A stretch of 20,000 bases of DNA from Raillietiella orientalis (Eukaryota), in assembly GCA_036172245.1 (NCBI GenBank), contig JAYWIR010000067.1, forward strand, positions 486,831-506,830, read 5' to 3'. Both the position numbers and the translations under genes were made by a program. Shown piece by piece: positions 1-9,599 of the stretch; the first letter of the stretch is position 1; the number at the start of each line of letters is the position of its first letter. The notes beneath the pieces are model-generated. The model saw only the letters and a program-made list of their open reading frames with translations, was not told the origin of the DNA and did no database searches.

Positions 1-2493
1 AACCAGCATCCCAACGCGGAGCCGCCAAGTCTTTGAGGCGTATCCTGGACCTCGCAGGTCCCCACAGAGCGTTCCTCTACAGGCTGTTCGCCTTGAGCTT
101 GGCCGAATTGGGGGATGGGCAAACAAAAGGAAGGAGACGTAAGAGGGGGGCAACGAAGGTGTTCCATATCGCGGCCCGCTCCGGCAGGACGAACCTGCCA
201 TGGTGGAACGGGATCAGAGCACTCGTAGCCTTCCGAAGGCAGTCCGACCACACTTCCACTGAGCTGATTTTCCCCAGCGGAACGCCCAGATATTGGATGG
301 ACGAAGTGGTCGGGATCCCCAGGCGGATCCAGTCGGACTGCCTCTCCCACGCCGCACTATAGGTACGACCACGCTCTTGCTCCGTTTTACGCTCATGCCC
401 GCTCCCCGGGGAATCAGCTCAAAGAAATCCTCGAGACTGGATGCCTGGGTGGTCATGGGTAAAAGGAGAAGCAGGTCGTCAGCATAGGCTGCCACGGACG
501 GCGTTCCTGGACAAGAGCTCGGCAGGTTGGCCAGCGTCAGCCTGTACGCCCTCAGCACCAACTCAAAGAAGATGCTGAAGAGCAACGGGCTTAAGCTGTC
601 GCCCTGCCTGATGCCCCGCCGCACCGGCACGCCGTACACGTGGCAGCCGCTAAAAGAGATGGAAATGAGCGCGTGGCGCCAGCAAGCGCGCAAATACGCC
701 ACGAGGTGCACCGGGAAACCGAGACGTTCCAGGAGCTCTAGCAGGAGATCCTGATTTACGCAATCGAACGCCTTGCATAGATCTACCGCGACCGCCAAGG
801 CACCCGGCGCTTCCCCAGGCCGAATGCAGCGACGCCCAGCCTGGGCAGCCGCAGATGCGGTTGCCTGGCTGTCGTGCGCCACGCAACGTTGCAGCTCGAG
901 CCACGTGCGCGCGAAGAACAGGTTCGCCTCCATGGTCCGCCCGGGAACAGCGTAAGACTGCTCCGGACTTACCACGGATCCAGCGATCCTGCCTAGGCGC
1001 GCGACCCACAGCCTGGAGAACAACTTGACGTCCGCATTCACCAAGGTGATGGGACGCCAGTTGCTTAAATGGCGCATGTCTCCGCCTTTCGGCAACAGAC
1101 GCACCCTTGCTGAGCGAAACGAGGCCGGGACATTCCCCGTCTCTCGCATCAGCGCAGAAAGCCTCAGCACCAGGGGGATGAGTTCCGCCGCGAAGCACTG
1201 GAAGAACTCCGCAGGCAAACCATCCTCACCTGGCGCCTTGCGCTTCTTGAGGCCCGCTATGGCGGAAGACACTTCTTCCGCCGTGAAGGGCAAGTCAAGA
1301 GTGGCGCGTTCCTCCTCGTCGAACGCAGGGGAATCCGCCGGCAGAAGCAGCTCGGAGAGACTGCGTTCCGTCGGCTCCCTAGCATACAACGAGGAGTAGT
1401 AGCGCTTTAGGAGGCGGCGAACTTCGGCAGCGCCCGAGCACTCCAGGCCCTGGTCGTCGAGCAGACAAGCCGCTCCTGACTGCCAGACCTGGCGCTCGGC
1501 CTTGGCCTTGTACTCCGCAAGGTACCGGACGTCCGGGCATCGGGAGAATTGGCGGGCCTGCAGAAACTCTCTGCTGTTGGCCACGCCTTCCCCGAAGCCA
1601 CGGGGAAGCAGGCGCAAGGGGAACCGGCTGCAGAACTCGCGGACCGATCTTTTCAGATCGTCCCAGTCCACGAGCTCTCGAACGGCAAAGGTCCGGAGAT
1701 GCTGGCGGAGGTGCTCCGCAGCCACCGGATTTCTCAACCAGTCGGCCGGCAACCTCCAGACGTGCGTCGGAGGGCCCTTGCCAGGCGGGAGTAGCTCAAA
1801 CTCCAGCCTGTAGTGGTCGGAAAGCTCGGACGGCACGGGACCTCTTCGACCCACCCGACAATGCAGGTGATCGTCGAGGAACACATGGTCCGGCAAAGCA
1901 CGCATTCCGGGATCGTCGGCCAGCAAATTCGAGGCGTGCACCGACGCGCACACCTCGTTCACCAGCCGTTTCTCCCGGCGACGGTGAGACTCCTCCGATA
2001 GCGCGTGGACGTTGAAGTCCCCGGCTACGAGGTGAGCCACGTCGGGGCCGGAGTTGCTGAGCCAGCGGTCGCGCAGTCTCTCGAAAAACTCCAGTTTCTC
2101 GGTGTGACGCGCGGAGCCGCTCGGCGCGTACACGTTCGTGACGACAAGGTTGATCGATTCGGACCACTTGAGAACAAGTTGGCCCACACGACCTTCCTCG
2201 TCGAAACAAACGCTCCGCACCGCTCCCGCCACCCTGCCCCGGACAAGGAATGCGACTCCGCAGGTATTCTGGGAGCCTGACCTCCAATGGAGCGTCCCGC
2301 CTGCGCGAACTTGCAGATCGGCCGCTTGCTGCTCGGAGAGTGCGTGAATCTCCTGCAGAAGGGCCAGATCGAAGTCGCGCAAGACGTTGGCAACCAATCG
2401 CCTCTTCTCGTTGTCCTGCAGCCCGTTGACGTTCCAACAGGCCACTCGGACGCGACGGGAAGAAGCGAGACCGCGCATTGCTGCTACGGACAT
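1..2493 (-). pseudogene. ORF2 polyprotein (AP endonuclease + reverse transcriptase), disrupted after the RT core
   Basis: EN motifs are WNVNG, LQE, NVYAP, GDFN, DHVF and SDH. RT motifs are KAPGEDG, WRPITL, DLCKAFD, GIRQGDSLSPLLF and YADD. A 1-nt deletion near 357 shifts YLGVPL out of frame, and there is an in-frame TAG at 77-79. The start is ATG 2493 or ATG 2478. Confidence 0.95.
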
Positions 2494-3356
2494 GGAGGTG
2501 CGTTCCTCGCCCCGTCCAGCGAGGCATCAGCCGGGAGCACGGCGGATGAGGTAGCGCAAGCGCTTCCTGTCCCCGCCGCGCCGCTCGCGGCCGGCTCGGT
2601 GGAGTCGAGGACCATTGCCTCGGGCTCCGAGGAGCATCGGGAACCGTTCCCGGCATCAGGCTCTTGCCTGGCAAGTTTTGGCTTGCGCGCAGCCCTGGCC
2701 TTGACCGGGGCTTGGCGAGCCTTAGCGCTGCCCTCGGACTCCACCTCGGAGTCCGAATTGCGCGCGCGCGGCGGGCGTTTCGCCTGCCGCTTTTTTTGCT
2801 GGCAGCCAGGAGCTGGTCCAGCACTCTTAGAGGGTGCCTTCGTCGCCGATCCCCCTTTCGGGCTCACGGCTTCGGCAGCTCCCCTCTCGCCGCGGGTGTT
2901 TGCGGCGGCGCGCGCGGCGGCAGGAGGCATTATCTTGCGCCTTCCTTGGCGCGCGGGGCTGCCTCTTCACCCCGCCTACCTTTTTGATCGGGAAGTGGGA
3001 AGGATCGCGCGGTTTGCGCTCCTTCTTCCTTCCCCCAACAAAGGTCCAGCCATCCTCGCCGCCTTCCGGTTTGCCTCGGTTGGGCGCGAGGGCTTCCAGG
3101 GTCCTTCGCATCCTTTCCAAGGCCTCGGATACGGCGGTGGAGGCCAGTGTCTCCTTCGCCACGTCTGCCTTTTGCACCTCCTTACCGGAAGGTGCGGGCA
3201 GAGTGGCGGGATTCTCGGAGGTCGCGCGAGGCTTTTCGGCCTTTGCTGGCGTTCGGCCCGCCGTGGCCGGCTTGCCTGTCGCGGGCAAAGGGGCGCGCGA
3301 CCCCTTTTTCGACGCTACGGTGGACTTCCCGGGCGTGCCACCGCTATTTCGCTCCG
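2484..3356 (-). pseudogene. ORF1 C-terminal region of fragment A, split by a +1 frame change near 2930
   Basis: The K/A/P/S-rich sequence has GWTFVGGRKK, resembling GWQTVQPRRK and GWQVATAKK in the other ORF1s. Its stop at 2484-2486 lies at the start of ORF2. Confidence 0.75.
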
Positions 3357-4023
3357 GAGCGAGAGCGGCGTTGCTGTTGTTGCATTGGGGTTTACCCTGC
3401 AACCCACGCCTCTCCCACTGGACAAGAGGAGTTGTGGATCCTGCGTGTGTCAGGTGCGGAGAGCAGGAATCGCTCTCCCACCTTATTGTGGACTGTGTTG
3501 CCCTCCGTCCCCTTTGGGAACGGTTTGGGACGACCCTCGGTCTCCCTACGGGCAGTTCCCCTAGAGACGTTCTTCGGCCCCTCTTCGTGAAGGACGCCCT
3601 GCAGCCAGCCGCAGCTCTCGCAGCCTTGTGCTGCGTCCGAGGCATCGTGGCGACATGGAGCGACACCAACAAGGAAGGAGTGGGTCAACACGCGAGGGAT
3701 GTCATCCCATATGCCCAACGCTTCTTGCGGAGAGCTGCTGGGTGGCCCCAACTAAGGAATATACGGATGGACCTCGAGGGCTTCCTTCAACGGATGGGCC
3801 CTCCTCTCAGCGAACAGTGATCCCTTCCCTGCCCCCCAACCTCTTTTGTTCGTTTGTGTTTTATTTTTACTTTTGTTTTTTCCCCATCCCCTTTCGCTGC
3901 CGGGGAGTGCCACGCTGGGCTGCGTCCCGGCGTCCCGGTAGGTCCCGTGCATAAGGCCGTGAGCGGGGCCTGGTACCGCAATTGTAGAGTTTTTATTGAT
4001 AAACGCCCCGGGCGTACCCGGGT
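3357..4023 (+). mobile_element. LINE 3'-terminal fragment B: ORF2 C-terminal zinc finger (to TGA 3820) plus a 3' UTR with terminal hairpin
   Basis: LHWG...CVRCGEQESLSHLIVDC..LW matches LMHWG...CAQCGAVESLPHLLFEC..LW in fragment G. A T-rich UTR follows and ends in GATAAACGCCCCGGGCGTACCCGGGT. Confidence 0.9.
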
Positions 4024-4905
4024 GGCAACACCAAATCCCCGGGGCAGGCGGTGCAAAGGGAAATCCTCGCAGAACTCGCGGACCGAGACCTTCATGCGGT
4101 CCCAGTCTTCGAGGTTGCGGAGGATGACGCCTCTCAGGAACTGACGGAGATGTTCCGCCGCACCGGAGATGCGCGTCCAGTCCCCTGGCATACGCCACGC
4201 CCTGGATGGTGGTCCTTTGTCGCATGGCATAATCTCGATTATCAACCGGAAGTGGTCCGATAGCGTCGACGGAAGTTTCCCTCGTCTGCCGACCCGTGGG
4301 CACAGGTCGGCGTCAAGGAAGACGTGGTCTACGCTTTGGGCCATTTCCGGTAGGTCCCCCAAGTTGCGCGTACGCATAGCGGCGCACAACTCGTTGGTTG
4401 CGTCTTTTTGGCTGCAAGGCACACCTGAGAGCAGGCGGATGTTGAAATCCCCACCGATCACATGTGCCTTGCGTACGTTTGTATCCGCCAGCCAGTCGCG
4501 CTTCAGGGTTTCGAGGAACCGGGAACGTTCCCCGTACCCGCGTCCTCCGCTCGGAGCGTACACATTAGTCACGACAAGGTGGATCGAGTTGGACCACCTA
4601 AGGATAAGCTGGCCAACCCGACTGTCCTTGTCGAATCGTACGTCCTTGACGAAGGAAGCGACTGCTGTCTTCATAAAAAAGGCGACGCCACAGGTATTGC
4701 GAGCGCCGCATTGCCAAAACAGACGACCCCCTGCGATCCTTTCGATCTCTTGGGCGTTCTCCGCGGTGATCACGTGGATCTCCTGCAGGAGCGCCAGGTC
4801 GGAGTCACGCAGGGTGTCGGCCGTGTCCCGCCTGTTGCCGTCATCGCGCAGCCCGTTGACGTTCCAGCAGGCTACGCGTATCCTACGGCGATAGGCGAGT
4901 CCAGG
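4021..4905 (-). pseudogene. ORF2 AP endonuclease domain of fragment C, with no ATG and truncated after the EN
   Basis: RIRVACWNVNG, LQEIH, NVYAP, GGDFN, DHVF and LSDH are in one frame, extending upstream of the track ORF 3787..4773. There is no in-frame ATG after the ORF1 stop. Confidence 0.9.
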
Positions 4906-4907
4906 TG

Positions 4908-6486
4908 CTAATCCTGAGAAAGTGGCAAAGGAGCTCCCGCCACCTTGTCAGGCGGGACGCTAGGAGGAGGGGGTGCGTCGCGCACCGCTTCTCCCTCCTC
5001 TATGGGGGCCGAATCGTCGGCAGGGCCGTGCACAGGAAGGGGGGGTTCACCCACCTGCAATTCCTCCTCCATAGGGGTTGCCAGCTGCACGGTGTCGGGG
5101 AGTGAGAGATTCCCACCCTCGGCTCCCGCGCTGCCGGCTTCCCCCTCGGGTGTCGGTTCATCCCTCTCCTTGTTGGTTCGGATGCGCCTCCTGGGATTCT
5201 GGGACTTGCGTCCCGTCTTCTTAGGTGGCGCCTTCGCTGAGGATGACGCACTTCCGGCATCTGGATCGGCATCACCTGCCTCCGGAGCCTTCCTCGGCCG
5301 GCCTTCGTAAGGTTTTCCACGATTTCGTCTCACGGCCTTGCAGTTCTGCCTCGAGTTCTTCCACCGCCTGCTGGAAGGCGGCCTCCTCGATCGCGTCGAG
5401 CGCGGCGCGCGGTTCCCCCTCTGTTTCCCCAGAGGGTTCGCCATCGACCGTCGCGGCTTCGGCGGACGCGAGGAAGGGGATTGTTCCCCCGGTGGCGGCA
5501 TCGAGTGCCTCCACACGCTTTAATTTTACCGAACAAACGCGAAGTTTTTCGCGGCACGTTTTTTTGCGCTGCGTTTTTGTTTTCCCCGCGCTTCGTTCGG
5601 GACTCCCGGGCTTTCTTCTGGGCTGTACCGTCTGCCAGCCTTCGCCGTCGCCAGCGTCGTCGGGAGTGCTCTCAACCGACGTTTGCTGGGATGGCTTAGG
5701 GACTGGCATCTGGCTCCTTACGGCCTGCTTCATGGTATTCGTCTCTCCCGCCCGTTTCCCCTTTGCCTTTTTGGCAGCGGGAGGGACCGGGATTTCTCGT
5801 CTTGGGCACACCTTGCGGATGTGGCCCTTGTTTCCACATAAGTGGCATTGGATGTTAGGGCACCGTTTTTTTAAGTGCCCTGTAGCATCGCAATGGCCAC
5901 AATACTTGGGCTTTCCCACGTACCAAACATCGACTTTTTCTTCGCCGATATTTAGTTTGTGGGGAAACCCACCATTCTCCGGTAGTGTGACGCGGGCAGC
6001 GGCCATCCCACTGAATAGCCTTCCGTACGTTCGGAAGACATTGGGTTTGGCCCAATACGCGTGCACACTACTATGCTTCGACAACTCCTCATGGACGCTG
6101 GTTTTGTCCATTCGGAGTGATACGCCAGTGAGGTGGACCACGACGGAGCGGTCCTCCGTCACAGGGAAGATCCTGCGGCCGTCCACCGTAATAGGGGTGT
6201 TCAGCAGTCGCTGCGCCATACTTGCCTCTTTGCATGTCAGCTCAACTCGCTGGCCCCCACTAAGGACGGATAGGCCTAAAAGGTCTTCCTCCCTCACGTT
6301 CAGCCTTTGGAGCTCCATTTCGAAGGAGCGTGCAATTTTTTCATCAAATATACTGCCTACCTTATAGATCAGCGACGGTTTGTAGCCGCTGTCCTTGTAG
6401 GCAGTCTGCTCCGCTACTGCATCCGGGGATGGTGCAGCAACGACGTCACTCCAACTCCTCGCCAATGGCGAAGAGGGTCGCGAAGG
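4908..6486 (-). pseudogene. ORF1 gag-like nucleic-acid-binding protein with two CCHC knuckles, N-terminus missing, +1 frame change near 5305
   Basis: It contains SWSDVV, CGHCDATGHLKKRC and CHLCGNKGHIRKVC (CX2CX4HX4C). The frame of 5272..6465 hands over to the frame ending at 4908, just before ORF2. Confidence 0.9.
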
Positions 6487-6987
6487 GGCGGTTTTCCCCG
6501 ATTCCGATGGGGCAAGTGCTTCGGATTCCGTGGGGAAGTGTAGATATTAACTGTGTAGGATGCAGGGTTCTGAAATTTTTCCCGCACGTAATCATCGAGT
6601 GTGTTGTTCAACGTCCTGTGTGGAATCGACTGTCGTCGATGGACGACCCAGAGGTCATTTTCCTATGGCTCCTGAAGCGCGATTCTTTGCCAGCAACCGG
6701 GTGTGCAGCAGTTGTCTGTTGCATACGCGGAATCCTGGACAAATGCACTGCGTACACGAGGGTTCAGAAGATGCGGAATGTCATACACTGAGCAGCCATC
6801 TGCGTTTAGGTTTGCCGATGGCGCTGGCTAAGTTCATCCCGACGGGCAGTTGTAGACTTCCAACGTTGGATGCAGAGAGTCCCTGCCGACGATCTGTGAT
6901 CGTTTCCCTTCCATCCGCTTTCAGTGAAACATTGTTTTCTCCTTGTGTTTCCGTCTTGTTTTGCTTTCCCCCCCTCTCCCACTTCGC
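6487..6987 (+). mobile_element. Decayed LINE 3'-terminal fragment D: zinc finger region plus partial 3' UTR
   Basis: DINCVGC...PHVIIECVVQRPVW...CCIRGI aligns with DPACVRC...SHLIVDCVALRPLW...CCVRGI of fragment B. The pyrimidine-rich UTR resembles B up to CCCACTTCGC. The terminal hairpin is absent. Confidence 0.8.
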
Positions 6988-7917
6988 ATGCGAAAAAGAC
7001 CTAAGGGTTTCAAGGGCTGGTAAAGATGCAGTTTCCAGATAGGAGGGACCACGTGTGCTGTCTGAAAGAACCTCGAGACTTTATGATAAAATTCTGTATT
7101 CTGGAAATTCTTTGATGATAAATTCCCAGGCATAAGCGAGTGAAAAACCCATTCACTGCTCTCCGAGCATGAAATACGCAGACAGCGTTGGAAGGTGGCG
7201 ACCGAAATGAGGCGGTAACGAAAGGAAAGTCTCCCCGTGTCTTGTGTTCGAACCAACAGCATTCACGAGCGTTGCTGACCACTCAATCCGATTCGATGCC
7301 GCGAGCGATTCCAAGCGTAGCAATCCTTGTTCCTATCAAGATAAAGGGACATCGCATTACGCACGAAGGGTACATTTTGACCAAAGGCAGTTGTGAAAGC
7401 AAAGAGGAAGCCAGCAGCCTCAAGGTGAATCGCGCATGTCATCCCCATTTTGCGAGTGCAATCGGAAACCACAGACAGATCCCTGCCCTGAGGTGGGAAA
7501 GTGAAACCGTTTTTATTAGGCATTTGACCACTGATGATACGGTTGGTTGCGAGGTAAGCAAACGGCACTGGGAACGCCTTTCCCGCAAAGGGGTCCAGTA
7601 ATGAGCTTTCGTGCTGCGAGCGGCAGATTGCAGCCCATGATCACTAGTTTGCGGAAATAGCGGGTGGCGAAAGGAGAATAACGAGAATCCACGCACGAAT
7701 TTCCTCCCTTCTTCTCTTCCATCGAGGGACAAACGAAACCATGGAAACGGTCGTTTTGGTTGGATTTCATGTCGGAGGTAAAATTCGCAGTGTGAGAATC
7801 GAGCGTCAAGGCGTCGGCGGCTGCTACCCGAATTACGACGTTGCTTAAGTACATTGAGGTGCAAAGCCGACAGGTGCATCGCAGAAATGAGCCTCCTTTT
7901 GCAAGCGGTGCAGCTGG

Positions 7918-8766
7918 TTGTGCGATTGCGGCATTGTGCACCAACATCGAAAGAGTGAGAGGACAGTGGGCTTCCTCGGCAGGTTAATGGACAGCCACAA
8001 GGAGGAATTGGCCACAGAGCTGGATGAAAAATCGAAAAGCGCCGGCCTCAGCGCCCACAGCCCGCTTCCTGCCAAGGCTGTTTTGCACGCATGCCTGGTC
8101 GTCTACACGCTCGGAGGAGAGAGCGGCGCGCCGAGACACGGCGGCGTGGAGGAGCCGTGGTCGCGCGCGCGCACGGCAACGCAAGAGTGCGCGCTTGGCA
8201 CGCGAGGCTGCCTGTCTGCTGCCGGCACATTCGCTTCCACGCTGGCACCTCGGAAATTCATGGCCATGCTGCCAATGAGCGACAAGAAGCACTGCTTGTG
8301 GTCTACAGTGCACCGGATGCTGCTGACGTTGGTCAGGGACGCCTACAGCGTTGCGGTGGACGTCTGCCTTGCCGAGGAAGACATGCGTGAACATGCTGGG
8401 AAGGCCGGTAAGGAGCGCTGCACGAGCGCGCGCAACGAAGTCAGGAGTGCGCTGCGCGTTGCGATTAGTAAAGCCCGCAGGGACTCACGTTGGTGGTCGC
8501 GGAAGATGAGTGAGGCCCTTTCACGCCATAGGGAAAGGGTGGGGTTGAAGCATTCCGCTTTCGGATGGGAGTGTGGTCAAAGAACGCGGTGGGGATGGGG
8601 AGGAGTACTGTACCGCATCCCGGCAACCACGGAAAAGGAATGCGGTTGCTGCCGAACTCGGGTTTCTAGCCGACCAGGAACCAGATTTGCGCACGCTTCT
8701 TGGAATGCGTGGATCCGGTTGACATGCGGGCGCGGGTCAGTTGAATGTGAGTTGCCGCTTTTTTAA
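7918..8766 (+). CDS. Unassigned 282-codon ORF, possibly a host exon or gene relic
   Basis: This is a long open frame with a protein-like, apparently helical middle (first ATG 7987, MDSHKEELATELDEK). I recognise no motif. Confidence 0.2.
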   Translation: MCDCGIVHQHRKSERTVGFLGRLMDSHKEELATELDEKSKSAGLSAHSPLPAKAVLHACLVVYTLGGESGAPRHGGVEEPWSRARTATQECALGTRGCLSAAGTFASTLAPRKFMAMLPMSDKKHCLWSTVHRMLLTLVRDAYSVAVDVCLAEEDMREHAGKAGKERCTSARNEVRSALRVAISKARRDSRWWSRKMSEALSRHRERVGLKHSAFGWECGQRTRWGWGGVLYRIPATTEKECGCCRTRVSSRPGTRFAHASWNAWIRLTCGRGSVECELPLF

Positions 8767-9119
8767 CGTTCTTCGTTGGGCAGGAGCAAGAATCGAGGTC
8801 GTTGCTGCCTGTCTTGAAGAGCGGACACGCCGAAACGGGACTCGTTGACGAAGAACCAATGTGCAGGGAGCAAGGGGTTCTCGCACACCTGGAGCAGCGG
8901 AAAACGCAAATCGACAGCTTGTTCACGCTAACCTTGAAAACACGGCGGAATAGAAGTCTGCATTTGTGAGATGCCATGAGGAGCTGTAAGAGAACTAAGA
9001 GCTAAACGGAGAAAACGCGGTGCAGCGCATGCACGGGTACGTAGTGTGACACTTCTGGGAGCTGGAATTTTTTTTTGCCAGAGTTCTGGTAGTCCATACG
9101 ACCGTGATGGGCAGTACCC

Positions 9120-9152
9120 CTCTGCCTCCCAATGTTCCAATGGGAGGCAGAG
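9120..9152. repeat. Inverted repeat with a perfect 12-bp stem
   Basis: CTCTGCCTCCCA-N9-TGGGAGGCAGAG. Confidence 0.9.
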
Positions 9153-9599
9153 AACTCGCAGTAAACGGAAGGTGGCAGCAGCAGATCCAACTTCGACTCC
9201 TCGAAGCTACATGGATGCTGCGTACCGGCGCACAAGCAATCCTTCCTGAAGTGCCCGTGTGCTCGAGACAATCCGTCGCGAGCGCATGCTCAAAGCTGTT
9301 TACCGGCCTTCGCAGTATGATGACATTGCGGCTGCCGACGGAGGAGGAAAAACAAGGCGGACAGACGTGCAATTTCCTGATCGAGGTGGTCACACGATGT
9401 TCGGAGAAGGAAGAGCACTGCTGCTTGCGGCTAACCGGTAAGATTGCGACCAACTCGAAAGGTGCCAAAGCAGAAAAGAGGAATATAAGCAGAGTCAGTG
9501 GCCTGCACTGACCAACCAACCATCATCAAAACGTTGTGCTCCAACGACCAAAGTTGCACGCTGCCGTGCATGAACGGAGCGCTCTGGCATGCAATGTTC

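Larger units (their letters stand above)
1..3356 (-). mobile_element. L1/Tx1-like LINE fragment A: C-terminal part of ORF1 plus ORF2 (EN-RT), 5'-truncated, continues past the left window edge
   Basis: A low-complexity basic ORF1 tail leads directly into ORF2, which has AP endonuclease and RT motifs. The 5' end stops at a palindromic junction near 3356. Confidence 0.95.
4021..6486 (-). mobile_element. LINE 5'-side fragment C: nearly complete ORF1 plus the endonuclease domain, interrupted at about 4021
   Basis: ORF1 and EN are collinear with the other copies. Homology to fragment A ends at FPLHRLPRGFGVAT, where the tail of fragment B abuts. Confidence 0.93.

Noticed and set aside
350..365. Programmed frameshift in ORF2
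   Set aside because: There is no slippery heptamer, copy G is open here, and the copies with the shift also share a downstream stop.
214..2493. Prokaryotic RT system (retron, DGR, group II intron, defence RT)
   Set aside because: The RT is fused to an AP endonuclease, preceded by a CCHC ORF1 and followed by a zinc finger and tailed UTR, which is eukaryotic LINE organisation.
2834..3820. 328-aa plus-strand ORF, and the overlapping 2287..3564 and 2827..3672 ORFs, as dual-coding genes
   Set aside because: They cross or abut the inversion junction. Only 3360-3820 (+) and the part below 3356 (-) have LINE homology, and the rest is GC-rich antisense open frame.
3357..4023. Fragment B as a simple antisense insertion with a target-site duplication
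   Set aside because: Its flanks (mid-ORF1 of A and post-EN of C) are not contiguous parts of one element, and I saw no duplicated target.
4169..6367. Long plus-strand ORFs 4169..4894 and 5225..6367
   Set aside because: They are antisense shadows of the EN and ORF1 frames with no motifs of their own.
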